From the NCBI GenBank assembly GCA_023131835.1, contig JAGLZA010000102.1:616-64615 (forward strand): 64,000 bases of DNA. The letters run 5' to 3'. Shown here piece by piece: positions 8,332-18,614 of this stretch (position 1 is its first letter; the number at the start of each line of letters is the position of its first letter). The translations under genes and the position numbers were made by a program. The DNA is from a candidate division WOR-3 bacterium. GTDB lineage: Bacteria; Hydrothermota; UBA3072. The notes below the pieces were generated by a model, which searched no databases, was not told where the DNA came from, and saw only the letters and a program-made list of their open reading frames with translations.

Positions 8332-8966
8332 ATTTTCTGAACTCCAGAATAGATCATACGATACTTTCACCCGATGCTACAGAAGATGACATAGAGAGGG
8401 TATGTAAGGAGGCCATAGAATATAGATTTCGGAGCGTCTGCATAAATCCAATATGGGTTGAATTTGCCGCACACCTATTAGAGGGAACAGAAGTGAAATT
8501 GGTCTCTGTGGGTGATTTTCCTTTAGGCTCCTCCTTCACAGAGATCAGAAAGCAGGAAGCAAGGATTGCCATAGAAAAAGGAGCTTCAGAGATAGATATT
8601 GTTCTGAATCTTGGATTGTTTAAGAGTGGTAGATTTGAAGAAGTAAAGAATGACCTTTCCGAGGTTGTACAAGTGGTCCATCCTGACGGATACCTGAAGG
8701 TAATAATAGAGGCTCCGATTCTATCCGATGAAGAGATAAAAAGAGCCTCGAAATTAGTAGAGGAAGCAGGTGCTGACTTTCTTAAAACCGGAACAGGAAC
8801 AAGAGGTCCGGTCACTATTCATCAGGTTAACCTGATAAAAGAAACTATCTCCCTGCCTATAAAGGCTGCAGGTGGAATACGAGATAGAGAAGGGGCATTA
8901 TCATTGATAAAAGCAGGCGCGAAGGTTCTGGGTAGTTCCTCGGGAATCCGGATAGTTCAAGGATAA
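8328..8966 (+). CDS. deoC: Deoxyribose-phosphate aldolase
   Basis: TILSPDATEDDIERVCKEA...FRSVCINP and the Schiff-base region LKAAGGIR. ATG at 8328 overlaps the thi4 stop; the ORF-track start at 8154 is an overlap artefact. Confidence 0.8.
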   Translation: MNFLNSRIDHTILSPDATEDDIERVCKEAIEYRFRSVCINPIWVEFAAHLLEGTEVKLVSVGDFPLGSSFTEIRKQEARIAIEKGASEIDIVLNLGLFKSGRFEEVKNDLSEVVQVVHPDGYLKVIIEAPILSDEEIKRASKLVEEAGADFLKTGTGTRGPVTIHQVNLIKETISLPIKAAGGIRDREGALSLIKAGAKVLGSSSGIRIVQG

Positions 8967-11173
8967 TGAATAAAAAGAAATTTCATCAATCCGAAAATAT
9001 CAAAGCTATAGTAATCCTATTCTTGTTGAATATCATCTATTTTCTCCCCATAATTATGAAGAAGGGATATCTATGGGAGGACTTTCTCTATCAAAATTAT
9101 CCCTATAGATTGTTTGCCGCTGTTAACCTGCGTAATGGGATATTCCCTTTCTGGAATCCCTATGTCTTCGGAGGAATACCTTTCTTTGCCGATGTCCAGG
9201 CATCTATCCTCTATCCTTTTAATCTGTTATTATCCCTATTTGTGAGAAATAATTTTCTTTCCTATTATGTAGTTCAGTTTCTTCCAATATTCCATATATT
9301 CCTTGCCGGGGTTTTTATGTTCTTGCTGCTTAAGAATCTGAAACTTAAATGGGAATCTTCCCTGATAGGTGCAATTATCTATATGTTCAATTTTAGATTT
9401 ATTTTACATCTTACTCACTTGAATCGAATCTTGACATTTGCCTGGTTCCCTTTAATTTTTCTCCTCTATAAAAAGGGATTAGATAATCTTGACTTGAAAT
9501 TTATTATAGGTGCCGGATTAACTATTGGAATTGTTGCTTTTGCAGGTTATCCTCAGGCACTTATAATAGAAATGCTTATCCTGTTCTACTATTTTATCTA
9601 CCGTTTAGTTATAGATAGAAAACAATGGAAGAGGATAATGCTTTTGAGTTTACTGGTAATGGGTATTGGAATAGGTATTGCTGCGTTCCAATACCTCCCC
9701 ACCGCCCATCTTATAAATTCCTCTATCAGGGCAGATTATACATACGAGCAGATTGTTCTGGATTCATACAACCCCGGAAGGTTCTTAACCTTTCTTGTAC
9801 CCAACCTATTCGGAACTGCAGCTCGCGGAATCATCAGTTATTTTGGCCCAGGACATTCATATTTCTTCTGGGAACAGACAACATACATTGGTATATTTGC
9901 TCTGTTCTTTGCTTTCCTCTCCTATCACAGAGAGAGGAAGAGTTTCTGGATATTTCTATTGATTTCAGCATTGTTTTCATTATCTATTTCAATGGGTAGA
10001 TATTTCTTTACCCACAGAATCCTCTATTTCAGCATCCCAATCTTCAAAATGATGAGAACTCCTCCCATACATATGAACTCTTTGGTATTTTTAGCGACAA
10101 TAATGGCTGCTCTGGGATTCGATCGGTTTCTTTTGAGAGAAAAACAGATCAAGAATAAATTCTTGATTGGAATTGTTGTTTTCAGTATTATATTAGCACT
10201 GATTCTTTATCAATATATCCCTTCTGAAATTCAGAAATCAGCAAGGGTGATTGTATCCAATTGCATATGGAGATTTTTATTACTTGTAGTAGCATTTGCT
10301 GTTATCGTCGGTTTATACACTCGAAAAAAAACGAATAGATGGCAGTTTGCCTTGCTTATCGGCATCGGAATATTTATTGATTTGTTCTTTACCGGAGCAT
10401 TCTATAATGCAAGTAGGGTTTCTCCTCATAGATTCTGGGCTAAAAGCAAATTTGTTAGTTATATCCAGGCTTCTCAGGAGAGCGAATTAACGAGGTTGGC
10501 GCAGAGGACGCCTGAAGGACATTTATTGCTTCCTCGAAATGTAGGTTCAGTGTTCAGAATTTTTGCTACAGACGGTTATAACCCAATGCAATTAAAAAGA
10601 TATGTCCACATACGCAGGGACCTCCGTCCCCTCAATCTAAATAATTGGTATCGTATTGATAATGTCCGATACGCAACATATCTTGATAAGAATAATTTAG
10701 GTGTTAGAGAGATAAAGAATTGTTTGCCAAGAGCGAAGCTATTCTTTGACTTTACTATAATAAAAGATGCAGATGAAGCAATAAGGATAATAGCCACCGA
10801 GGAATTCGACCCTGATAAAACAGTAATACTCGAAGAGTCTCCAAAAATACCCATTTCATATCCGGGAGAGGGAAGATTATCAATAGATAAATATACGCCC
10901 AATAGAATAGAGATATCTGTTGAAAGTAGAGATAATGCTATACTTTTCCTCTCGGAAAATTATTATGATAGATGGATAGCTACTATCGATGGTGAAAGGA
11001 CAGAGATTACTCCCTGCAATGTGACATTCAGAGCTATTTCTGTCCCTAAGGGCAAGCATAAGATTGTCTTTCAGTATAAGGAAATACTCTTCTATCCCCT
11101 CCTTGGAATTTCATTATCTTTAATATTAATCAGTTTCTTCCTCGTTATCTATCTACATAGAAAACAAAAATAA
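8966..11173 (+). CDS. YfhO-family polytopic membrane protein (GT-C-like glycosyltransferase)
   Basis: 735 aa with many transmembrane segments; the N-terminal YPYRLFAAVNLRNGIFPFWNPYVFGGIPFFAD resembles the YfhO family. Confidence 0.6.
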   Translation: MNKKKFHQSENIKAIVILFLLNIIYFLPIIMKKGYLWEDFLYQNYPYRLFAAVNLRNGIFPFWNPYVFGGIPFFADVQASILYPFNLLLSLFVRNNFLSYYVVQFLPIFHIFLAGVFMFLLLKNLKLKWESSLIGAIIYMFNFRFILHLTHLNRILTFAWFPLIFLLYKKGLDNLDLKFIIGAGLTIGIVAFAGYPQALIIEMLILFYYFIYRLVIDRKQWKRIMLLSLLVMGIGIGIAAFQYLPTAHLINSSIRADYTYEQIVLDSYNPGRFLTFLVPNLFGTAARGIISYFGPGHSYFFWEQTTYIGIFALFFAFLSYHRERKSFWIFLLISALFSLSISMGRYFFTHRILYFSIPIFKMMRTPPIHMNSLVFLATIMAALGFDRFLLREKQIKNKFLIGIVVFSIILALILYQYIPSEIQKSARVIVSNCIWRFLLLVVAFAVIVGLYTRKKTNRWQFALLIGIGIFIDLFFTGAFYNASRVSPHRFWAKSKFVSYIQASQESELTRLAQRTPEGHLLLPRNVGSVFRIFATDGYNPMQLKRYVHIRRDLRPLNLNNWYRIDNVRYATYLDKNNLGVREIKNCLPRAKLFFDFTIIKDADEAIRIIATEEFDPDKTVILEESPKIPISYPGEGRLSIDKYTPNRIEISVESRDNAILFLSENYYDRWIATIDGERTEITPCNVTFRAISVPKGKHKIVFQYKEILFYPLLGISLSLILISFFLVIYLHRKQK

Positions 11174-11200
11174 TCTCTTGTCTTTTCTAAACACCCAATC

Positions 11201-11236
11201 GTAGAGACGAGGCAATGCCTCGTCTCTACATTTTTC
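11201..11236 (+). terminator. Rho-independent terminator of the xseB-yfhO operon
   Basis: GTAGAGACGAGG-caat-GCCTCGTCTCTAC hairpin followed by ATTTTT. Confidence 0.75.
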
Positions 11237-11264
11237 ATCACAAATAAATTTGTGTCTTATTAAA

Positions 11265-11545
11265 GGGCATGCCTACAATCTGTAGGGGCGTGATTTATCA
11301 CGCCCATTTTGTTTCGGGTTCGATAAATCGAACCCCTACTCTTAAACCGTGCAGTAACCGTAGCATATATTAGGGGTTGGGATTTAGGGATTAGGATTTT
11401 GGGTTTAGAAAATTAGAATTAATTAAACTCTCTTCTGTGCTCATCTGCGTTAATCTGCGTTCATCCGCGGTTAAAAAAGGTGGGTGGTGATGGGAATTCC
11501 AATTTAACCATTCAACCATTTAACTATTTCTCAATTGGAGCGAAG
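11265..11545. repeat. Composite intergenic repeat (locus B): REP-like GTAGGGGC hairpins, AAACCGTGCAG motif, G-rich heptads, and a core that is inverted-identical to 59420-59560
   Basis: 11395-11530 is about 90% identical to the reverse complement of 59420-59560, including GCGTTAATCTGCGTTCATCCGCGGTTAAAAAAGGTGGGTGG. Confidence 0.85.
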
Positions 11546-11606
11546 CGACAATTCCTTTACGCCCTTGCTTGAAAAATGGGGAACCAGGCAGAAGATGTTT
11601 TTTTTC

Positions 11607-11634
11607 TTGACAAGTGATAAATCAACACTACAAT
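11607..11634 (+). promoter_or_regulatory. Sigma70-type promoter for the EBP gene
   Basis: TTGACA-16 nt-TACAAT. Confidence 0.55.
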
Positions 11635-11819
11635 AATAATATAATAAAAGAGGGAAAGGTACAGATTATCGTGAAGGTAAGAGTGTATGGGTTATTTGAT
11701 GTTTTTCGGAAATCTAAATACAAACACGAGAATCTCATGGGTGATAAGGAAGGTTGATGTGAAAAATAAATTTAACGAGAACAGATATTTATTACTAAAA
11801 TCACGTTTGTGGGGTAATT

Positions 11820-14800
11820 TTGGCAAAACAAGAGAAATCTAAGATAAATACTTCTCCTGGCAAATCTACATATACCCGGCCAAAGCTATTTGTGGGGAGG
11901 GAGAAGGAATTAACCCTTTTAAAGGAAGAATTCAATAAATTAGGTGAAGACCCACATAAACCAATTATAATAATTTCAGGTGAAGCGGGTATTGGCAAGA
12001 CCCGTTTATTAAAAAAGGTTAGAACTATATTAAAAAACTCAGTCTTTATAAAGGTAGAGTGTCAAAAAGAGGAAAAAGAACCCTATGCCTGTTGCAACAA
12101 AGTTGCCGACTCATTGATTAATCTCATTGAAAAGAACTATAAGGAATTTTTAAAAGTCTATGGAGATATACTTGTCACCCTGTCACCAAAGTTAAAGAGT
12201 AAAAGATACCTAAGGAAGATTAAACCCCTAAAGGAGATAGAGAAATACTATATCTTTGAAAAATTCCTGCAGTTTATTATAAATTTGCCAATAGAGAAAA
12301 ATATTGTGATAGCCCTGGAGGATTCTCAATATCTTAGCAAGGAATCAATTGAATTTCTTAAATATTTGACACTCGGGATGCCAGTTACATCAAATATAAT
12401 TTTCATTGTAACCTACAGAGAGGAAGAAAAACCTGATGACCTTATTGAGTTTGAAAAGGCAATAGAAGGTCACCTTATCAAGATTCTGCTTGAGAGATTA
12501 AATATTCAATCTACAAGGAAGTTTATAACTTCTATGATAGGAGAAATAGAAGAAAATGAACTTGAATATATTTCAGATAAAATATTTAAAAAGACCGCAG
12601 GCGTTCCACTCTTTATAGAACACTTTGTGAGACTATTGATAGAGGAAAAAGCCTTAAAAAAAGAAGAAGATACCTGGGTAATAAACAAAGATAGATTATC
12701 CGGAATAGAGTTAACCGGAACAACCCTGCAAATAATTCAGGAGAAACTAAAGAGGGTTCCCAATAAAAAGTTAATGAGAGTGATTCAATATGCATCTATT
12801 ATGGGTGGTGAATACATTAATAGTTTAATCTTGAATGAAATTATGGATAAAGATATTCAGGAGGAACTTGAGACATTAAACAACCAATGGATTTTGAGAA
12901 AAGAGAGCATAGAGGGGAATGAGAGATTCAAATTTGCTCATCCTATGATAAAAGAGATTGCATATCAAATGATACCCGAGGAGAAGAAAAAGGAATTACA
13001 TAAGAAGGTTGGACTTGTATTAGAGAAACATTTCCCGGAAGAAAAAGCGATGCTCGCATATCACTTTTCACTTGCCGGGGTCAAAAATAAAGCATACAAG
13101 TATTCACTTAAGGCAGCAGAGAATGCAGAGGGGAATTTTGCTTATCTGGACACAATACCACTCTATGAAACTGCCTTGAGATTCACACCTAATGAAACAA
13201 AGTCCACAGAAATAAAGATCAAATTAGCTGCATTATGTAGCATTAGCAGTAACTTTGAAAAAGGCGTAAAGTATTTAAATGAGGTAATTTCGCAAAAAAT
13301 ACGAGGAAAAATAAAAGTAAAGGCAATGGTAGAATTAATGAGGATTAAAATACTGCAGGGTAAAATTAACGAAGCCTATAAAATTGGGGAAAGCACTTTG
13401 AATTTAACCGCTAAAGGAACTTCCAAAGCAAAAGCTGAAATTTATACAATACTTGGACAAATATTTGCTCTCAAGGGTAAATGCGGTAAAGCAAAGGATT
13501 ATCTGATGCAATCTTTACCAATAGGAGACAAATTAGGGGATAAGGAACTCCAGGCAGAAACAAGAAATGTGATGGGAGCAATTTATTGGTTTATGGGTGA
13601 AAACAATATGGCAGTTAAAAGTTTTAAAGAAGCATTGAAATTTGCAAAGAATAAGAATACCATAGCTAAAATATGTTCAAACTTAGGGACTACATGTGAT
13701 GAAATGAACAATTCCAAAGAAGCAGAATTTTATTTTGAAAGGACAATAGAGATTAATAAAAAAATCGGGAATATGAGGGATTTAGGAGTAGCATATAATA
13801 ATTTTGGATTGAAACTTCAGGGACTGGGAAGAATAAATGATGCACTGAAGTATTATAAGATAGCTTTAGAATATACAAAAAGAATAGGATATAAAGCATT
13901 ACTTCCTCTGGTATATATCAATATAGGAAGAGTATACGCTATGTTTAATAATGCAACCATGGCAATAGAGTATTGCAATAAGTCCCTCAAGTTATTAGAT
14001 GATGAGCAAAGTGAAATTTGGATAATTTACAACGTTTACGAAATCGCCGGGGACATACATCTCTATTTAGAGGATTTTAGCGCCTCGATCCAATACTATA
14101 AAAAGTCAATGGAATTAGTAAAGAAATTAAATAATAATGAAAAATTGAACAGAACCCTTATTCAATTATCAGACATATACGCTGATAAAGGTAATCTTGA
14201 TAAGGCCAAAGACTTGTTGCTAAAAGTAGAAAAATACGCAAAAGATAAAAAAAATACAAAACTACTTGGGTTATGTCATAGGGTAAGAGCAAAGATTATA
14301 CAAAATAATTCACCACAGGATGCGATGAGGTATTTAGAAGACAGTCTGGAGGCATTTAATACCCCTCGATCAGGAACAGAGAAGGCGCTGAGCCTTTACG
14401 AAATGGGTAAATTATATCTAAAAATGAATAAATACCAGGACGCACTCGATGTGTTTTTAGAGACCAAGGAGATTCTACAGAAAAGAGAAGAGCTTTACTG
14501 GCTTAAAAAGGTGCAAAACTCAATTAAAGAGGTTGGAAAATTACTCTCTATCCTACCAAAACGGGTAAGTCTGGAGGCTAGTGTATTAACTTCTATAGTA
14601 AAATTTGCGAGTAGAAAGATCCCCTTGGATAGATTTATCAAGGAAGTGCTTACATTTGTAAAAAGTACCCTGCAGATAAATCAAACCGCTGTAATCATCT
14701 TTGCAGATGGAAAGATGCAAAAGGTTTATTCAAATGAAGAAATAAACGGAGAAACACAACAAGATATTGCAAGAATAAGTAAATCAGTCTACCAGAGGAA

Positions 14801-15974
14801 GGAATTTATGCTTACTCAAGAAGGATTATCACTCTATATTCCTATTAAGACAGAAGATAGGATTGAGGGCATTTTCTATATGAGAGAAGAATTAAACCGA
14901 TTTGAAACAGAGACAATAGAATTCCTGCAACTGTTGAGCTCCATTTTAGGTATAGGTATTGAATATATTAGATTACGCGAAAAATGCCCAACAGTACTTT
15001 TACAAAGAGAAAAGGTACCCCTTAGATTTGATAACATTATTGGTGAGAGTGAATCGATGCAGAAGGTTTATAATCTCATAAAATCCTGTATTGGATCAGA
15101 TGTAGCGATATTACTTGAGGGTGAGACCGGAGTTGGTAAGGAATTAGTGGCAAAGGCAATACATTCTCACAGTAAGAGGAAGGGGAATTTTGTACCTATC
15201 TATTGTGGTGGAATGCCGTACTCTTTATTTGAAGGAGAAATTTTTGGATATAAGAAGGGTTCATTCACCGGGGCATTCCATGACAAACGAGGATTACTTG
15301 AGGAAGCCGATGGAGGCACAATTCTCTTAGACGAGATAACCTCAATCCCTTTATCAATTCAGGCAAAACTCCTGCGTGTCCTACAGGAGGGTGAATTCAG
15401 AAGATTAGGTGAAACAAAACATAGAAAAGTAGATGCACAAATAATCTCGGCAACCAATCAAAACATCGAAGAATTGCTCAACAGAGGAGAATTTAGACTA
15501 GACCTGTTTTACAGAATCAGTACTATAAGGATAATAATACCACCTTTAAGAGAGAGAAAGGAAGATATCCCATTGCTGGCAAATTACTTCTTAGTAAGAT
15601 TTAATAAAAAAATTGACAGGGATATAAGAGGATTCTCTCAAGAAGCGATGCAAACAATGATAAATTATAGATGGGAAGGGAATGTGCGTGAACTCGAACA
15701 TGAAATAGAAAGATTGACAGCAATAACTGAGAAAGAGATTATATCAGTTGATGACCTCAAGAAAGAAATAAAAGAAACAAAACAAATCGACAGTAGAAAT
15801 CCTGCGAGCTTATATGAATTTATACAAGACAAAGAACGTAAATATATATCTAAGGCATTAACCCAATGCAATTTTAACATATCCAGAACAGCTAAATTAT
15901 TGAAAGTTAGCAGAACCACAGTATATAGAAAAATAGAAGAACTCCAAATACCCCTGCATCACAAATCGCAATAA
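11820..15974 (+). CDS. Giant sigma54-dependent transcriptional activator with N-terminal STAND-like AAA+ ATPase (AAA_16-like), TPR array and GAF-like domain (paralog 1)
   Basis: 1384 aa from a TTG start. It has an N-terminal P-loop GEAGIGKTRLL, TPR-like repeats centrally, a sigma54-interaction domain (GESESMQKVYNLI...LLEGETGVGKELVAKAIH...GAFTGA...) and a C-terminal Fis-type HTH ISRTAKLLKVSRTTVYRKI. Confidence 0.8.
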   Translation: MAKQEKSKINTSPGKSTYTRPKLFVGREKELTLLKEEFNKLGEDPHKPIIIISGEAGIGKTRLLKKVRTILKNSVFIKVECQKEEKEPYACCNKVADSLINLIEKNYKEFLKVYGDILVTLSPKLKSKRYLRKIKPLKEIEKYYIFEKFLQFIINLPIEKNIVIALEDSQYLSKESIEFLKYLTLGMPVTSNIIFIVTYREEEKPDDLIEFEKAIEGHLIKILLERLNIQSTRKFITSMIGEIEENELEYISDKIFKKTAGVPLFIEHFVRLLIEEKALKKEEDTWVINKDRLSGIELTGTTLQIIQEKLKRVPNKKLMRVIQYASIMGGEYINSLILNEIMDKDIQEELETLNNQWILRKESIEGNERFKFAHPMIKEIAYQMIPEEKKKELHKKVGLVLEKHFPEEKAMLAYHFSLAGVKNKAYKYSLKAAENAEGNFAYLDTIPLYETALRFTPNETKSTEIKIKLAALCSISSNFEKGVKYLNEVISQKIRGKIKVKAMVELMRIKILQGKINEAYKIGESTLNLTAKGTSKAKAEIYTILGQIFALKGKCGKAKDYLMQSLPIGDKLGDKELQAETRNVMGAIYWFMGENNMAVKSFKEALKFAKNKNTIAKICSNLGTTCDEMNNSKEAEFYFERTIEINKKIGNMRDLGVAYNNFGLKLQGLGRINDALKYYKIALEYTKRIGYKALLPLVYINIGRVYAMFNNATMAIEYCNKSLKLLDDEQSEIWIIYNVYEIAGDIHLYLEDFSASIQYYKKSMELVKKLNNNEKLNRTLIQLSDIYADKGNLDKAKDLLLKVEKYAKDKKNTKLLGLCHRVRAKIIQNNSPQDAMRYLEDSLEAFNTPRSGTEKALSLYEMGKLYLKMNKYQDALDVFLETKEILQKREELYWLKKVQNSIKEVGKLLSILPKRVSLEASVLTSIVKFASRKIPLDRFIKEVLTFVKSTLQINQTAVIIFADGKMQKVYSNEEINGETQQDIARISKSVYQRKEFMLTQEGLSLYIPIKTEDRIEGIFYMREELNRFETETIEFLQLLSSILGIGIEYIRLREKCPTVLLQREKVPLRFDNIIGESESMQKVYNLIKSCIGSDVAILLEGETGVGKELVAKAIHSHSKRKGNFVPIYCGGMPYSLFEGEIFGYKKGSFTGAFHDKRGLLEEADGGTILLDEITSIPLSIQAKLLRVLQEGEFRRLGETKHRKVDAQIISATNQNIEELLNRGEFRLDLFYRISTIRIIIPPLRERKEDIPLLANYFLVRFNKKIDRDIRGFSQEAMQTMINYRWEGNVRELEHEIERLTAITEKEIISVDDLKKEIKETKQIDSRNPASLYEFIQDKERKYISKALTQCNFNISRTAKLLKVSRTTVYRKIEELQIPLHHKSQ

Positions 15975-16090
15975 TACTCCTTCTTAACTCACCTTAAAAA
16001 TTAGTTATTCCTTCAATCCACAACAAAATTTCCAAAAGTGTTACATTTTCGGGATTCAAAAAACCAGTAATACCAATGCCTTCCGAATTG

Positions 16091-16107
16091 TGTTCAACTT
16101 TTGAACA
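16091..16107. promoter_or_regulatory. Perfect palindrome TGTTCAA-N3-TTGAACA, candidate enhancer (UAS) for EBP paralog 1
   Basis: Lies about 190 bp upstream of the sigma54 promoter at 16293, and a half-site TTGAACA repeats about 60 bp downstream. Confidence 0.35.
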
Positions 16108-16292
16108 TTTTTTGGTAGATGGGTTTTTTGTAATTCATTGAACATCAAGAAGATATCACTGGAACGAAATTTGTTTTAGAAATTAATGGAGGTACAAATG
16201 CAGGTTGAGCAGAAGGCGAAAACTAATGAAGTGAGTGAAAGTAGAGAGCGGTTCTATTATGGGTTCAATTCAAAAAAAGGAGGTCATCAAAC

Positions 16293-16310
16293 CTGGCTAA
16301 AATTATGCAC
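16293..16310 (+). promoter_or_regulatory. Sigma54 (-24/-12) promoter
   Basis: cTGGCtaaaattaTGCAc matches TGGC-N8-TGCA with the GG and GC elements 10 nt apart. Sits about 105 nt upstream of the T9SS cargo gene start and directly downstream of the EBP gene. Confidence 0.6.
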
Positions 16311-16415
16311 TCCTTTGCCCCTTGGGAGCAAAGAGATGAAAAAGGGGTACTATTCAGTTTTTTGGAAAGGATAAATATGTCGGGAAAAGTCAAAAACCAT
16401 AATAAAGGGGGAAAG

Positions 16416-18566
16416 ATGAGTAAGCATAGTAACTTTTCATGGGTAAGATTGTTTTTCTGTGTATGCTTAATTCTTATGTTTGCTATTCCAGTGTTTGCTG
16501 TTGATAAGGTAGTTCTATTTGTTGACCAGGATTACTATGATGCAGCAAGGGCTGATATACAAAAGTGGTATTGTTATATTAGCAATCATACAAAGTATGA
16601 CGCGGTAAAACAAGTAATTGACAATGATGAGATAGGTGATATTGAATCAATAAGGGATGCATTCTTTAGCTTGGACATCATGTATCGACAAAATGGAGAT
16701 AGACTTAAAGGAATAATCCTTATTGGTGATGAAAGTCAGATACCTGCTCCTCCAACAATAATCTCTGGAATATATGGTGTTAATGATAACATATATGGAG
16801 ATTTTGGTCGTGATGGTTCTGATTGGTTACCGAATGCGGATGGTTATTATACAAGTGCAACCTTCCCCACAGATTATCATCAGGAAGCCTGGGTTGCAAG
16901 ATATACTGCTCATTCCTATGGAGAAGGGAACGACCTTTCTTCCTCGCAGATTAATACAACCTTACATAACTATTATCTAAAAAGAGCAGGAGAGGATCAG
17001 CACGGTTCTGAAGGGAAGATTATTACAGACCTTACAAATAATAGTGACTTGACATGGGAAAACAGGCAAGAAATTATGCATGCATTTAGTAGTTGTGCCT
17101 GGTATGCTAATGAAAATATATTAACAAGGGCAAAGCAATGGTATAAGGATGATTGTAAGGCATTTATTATAAACGGTCATGGATCGTGGGCTCACTGTGG
17201 GGATTGGGAAGCTGAGAATGCTGACGAAGATGGTTCGTCAACATCGCCTAAGATAGCCATCTATGACGGTTGCTCTACTGGACGATGGACTATAAGTCCT
17301 ACCAATTCCCTGACCCTGTGCACTATCAATTCCAGCACTTCAAATACCATATCTGCCCTCGGTTATGGTATGGACGCCCTGATTGCGACTTATTATCATG
17401 GCTGGGAAGATTATCCTTATAAGAGTCTATATAGATGTATTCAGGAACAGCCATATATTGGGGAAGCCCTTGTTACCTGGATAAATAATGTGGTTAGAAC
17501 TGGATATTTTGATGGTGGGCATCCAATTGCTGCAACCACTCTTAATCTTTTTGGAGATGGTTCTATAAATTTTATCTATCAACCAGGGCATACTCATTGT
17601 TACGATGAGTTCGAAACCGATCCTACTTCTGATTTTACATGGTTTGGTGGAACTCATAGCTATAATACCACTGATGAATGGTTGAACTTAAATGCACATA
17701 ACTCACCCCAGTATGTTTGCGCTGATTATAAAGAACAAACAACTAAGCATACAGTTTTTCAGGCCGACTTTCGTTTTAAAAATAACTCAAATAATAATGC
17801 GATAATGATGCTCTTTGCCAGAGTGGATCCAAACACAAACCCCGGAACCAGCGGAAGTTCAGGAAGCTACTGGGGTGCTATTGGCTTTGATGGTGGTTCA
17901 GGTTATGCTAACTATTGGAGTGGAGTAGGTAAGGTTACAGGAACATCCTGGCAGAAATTGGCTTCTTATAACTCAGACGTACCAAAGCCTAAACTGAATC
18001 AGTGGTATACTATAAAGCTTACCGCAATTGGGTCTTCTATAAAGTTGTACCTCGATGACCGCCTTGTTGCTCAAGCAACGGATAATTCTATTACACACAA
18101 TGGCCAGGGAGCAATTCAGCCTTGCTATGGCGATGCTTACATCGATAACCTCGTTTTTGCCTGGGGTGAGTGCTTTGGTGATGCAAAGTCAGCAGGATCT
18201 GAATATGCTAAGAATGATTCACATTATCCGGTATTGATTGGCGAATACTTACCCCCCAGACCTCCAGAGATTTCTGAAACAACAATTCCTGATGTCTATT
18301 CCCTTTCTATCAGTCCAAATCCTTTTGTTAGCTCATCTACCATCAAATTTACATTATCAAAGAAAACTGGAGTTAGTCTTAAGATATATAATGTTTCCGG
18401 TCAGTGTGTAAAGACGCTCTTAAGGAAAGAATTTGAAGCTGGATATTATGATGTTCGATGGGACGGTAGAGATGAATCAGGAATAAGTTTGAGTAGAGGT
18501 GTTTACTTCTGCAGGATGGAAACCGAGAATTTTAGACAAACAAGAAAACTTATCTTTATGAAATAA
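16416..18566 (+). CDS. T9SS-sorted secreted protein, putative clan-CD (gingipain C25/caspase-like) cysteine peptidase with LamG/ConA-like domain
   Basis: ATG at 16416 with a GGGGGA SD; signal peptide MSKHSNFSWVRLFFCVCLILMFAIPVFA. His/Cys motifs IINGHGSWAHCG...IAIYDGCSTG. C-terminal T9SS sorting domain (SISPNPF...LKIYNVSGQCVKTL...GVYFCRM). Confidence 0.6.
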   Translation: MSKHSNFSWVRLFFCVCLILMFAIPVFAVDKVVLFVDQDYYDAARADIQKWYCYISNHTKYDAVKQVIDNDEIGDIESIRDAFFSLDIMYRQNGDRLKGIILIGDESQIPAPPTIISGIYGVNDNIYGDFGRDGSDWLPNADGYYTSATFPTDYHQEAWVARYTAHSYGEGNDLSSSQINTTLHNYYLKRAGEDQHGSEGKIITDLTNNSDLTWENRQEIMHAFSSCAWYANENILTRAKQWYKDDCKAFIINGHGSWAHCGDWEAENADEDGSSTSPKIAIYDGCSTGRWTISPTNSLTLCTINSSTSNTISALGYGMDALIATYYHGWEDYPYKSLYRCIQEQPYIGEALVTWINNVVRTGYFDGGHPIAATTLNLFGDGSINFIYQPGHTHCYDEFETDPTSDFTWFGGTHSYNTTDEWLNLNAHNSPQYVCADYKEQTTKHTVFQADFRFKNNSNNNAIMMLFARVDPNTNPGTSGSSGSYWGAIGFDGGSGYANYWSGVGKVTGTSWQKLASYNSDVPKPKLNQWYTIKLTAIGSSIKLYLDDRLVAQATDNSITHNGQGAIQPCYGDAYIDNLVFAWGECFGDAKSAGSEYAKNDSHYPVLIGEYLPPRPPEISETTIPDVYSLSISPNPFVSSSTIKFTLSKKTGVSLKIYNVSGQCVKTLLRKEFEAGYYDVRWDGRDESGISLSRGVYFCRMETENFRQTRKLIFMK

Positions 18567-18584
18567 ACACAACCTCCAGACAAT

Positions 18585-18614
18585 AAAAGGGAGGGATGCC
18601 CCTCCCTTTTATTT
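18585..18614. terminator. Bidirectional rho-independent terminator between convergent genes
   Basis: AAAA-GGGAGGG-atgc-CCCTCCC-TTTT. Confidence 0.7.

Noticed and set aside
16186-16374. 62-aa ORF with a good GGAGG SD upstream of the T9SS protease gene
   Set aside because: It overlaps the sigma54 -24/-12 element and the likely 5'-UTR of the downstream gene, has no recognisable domain, and has odd composition. It is probably not coding.
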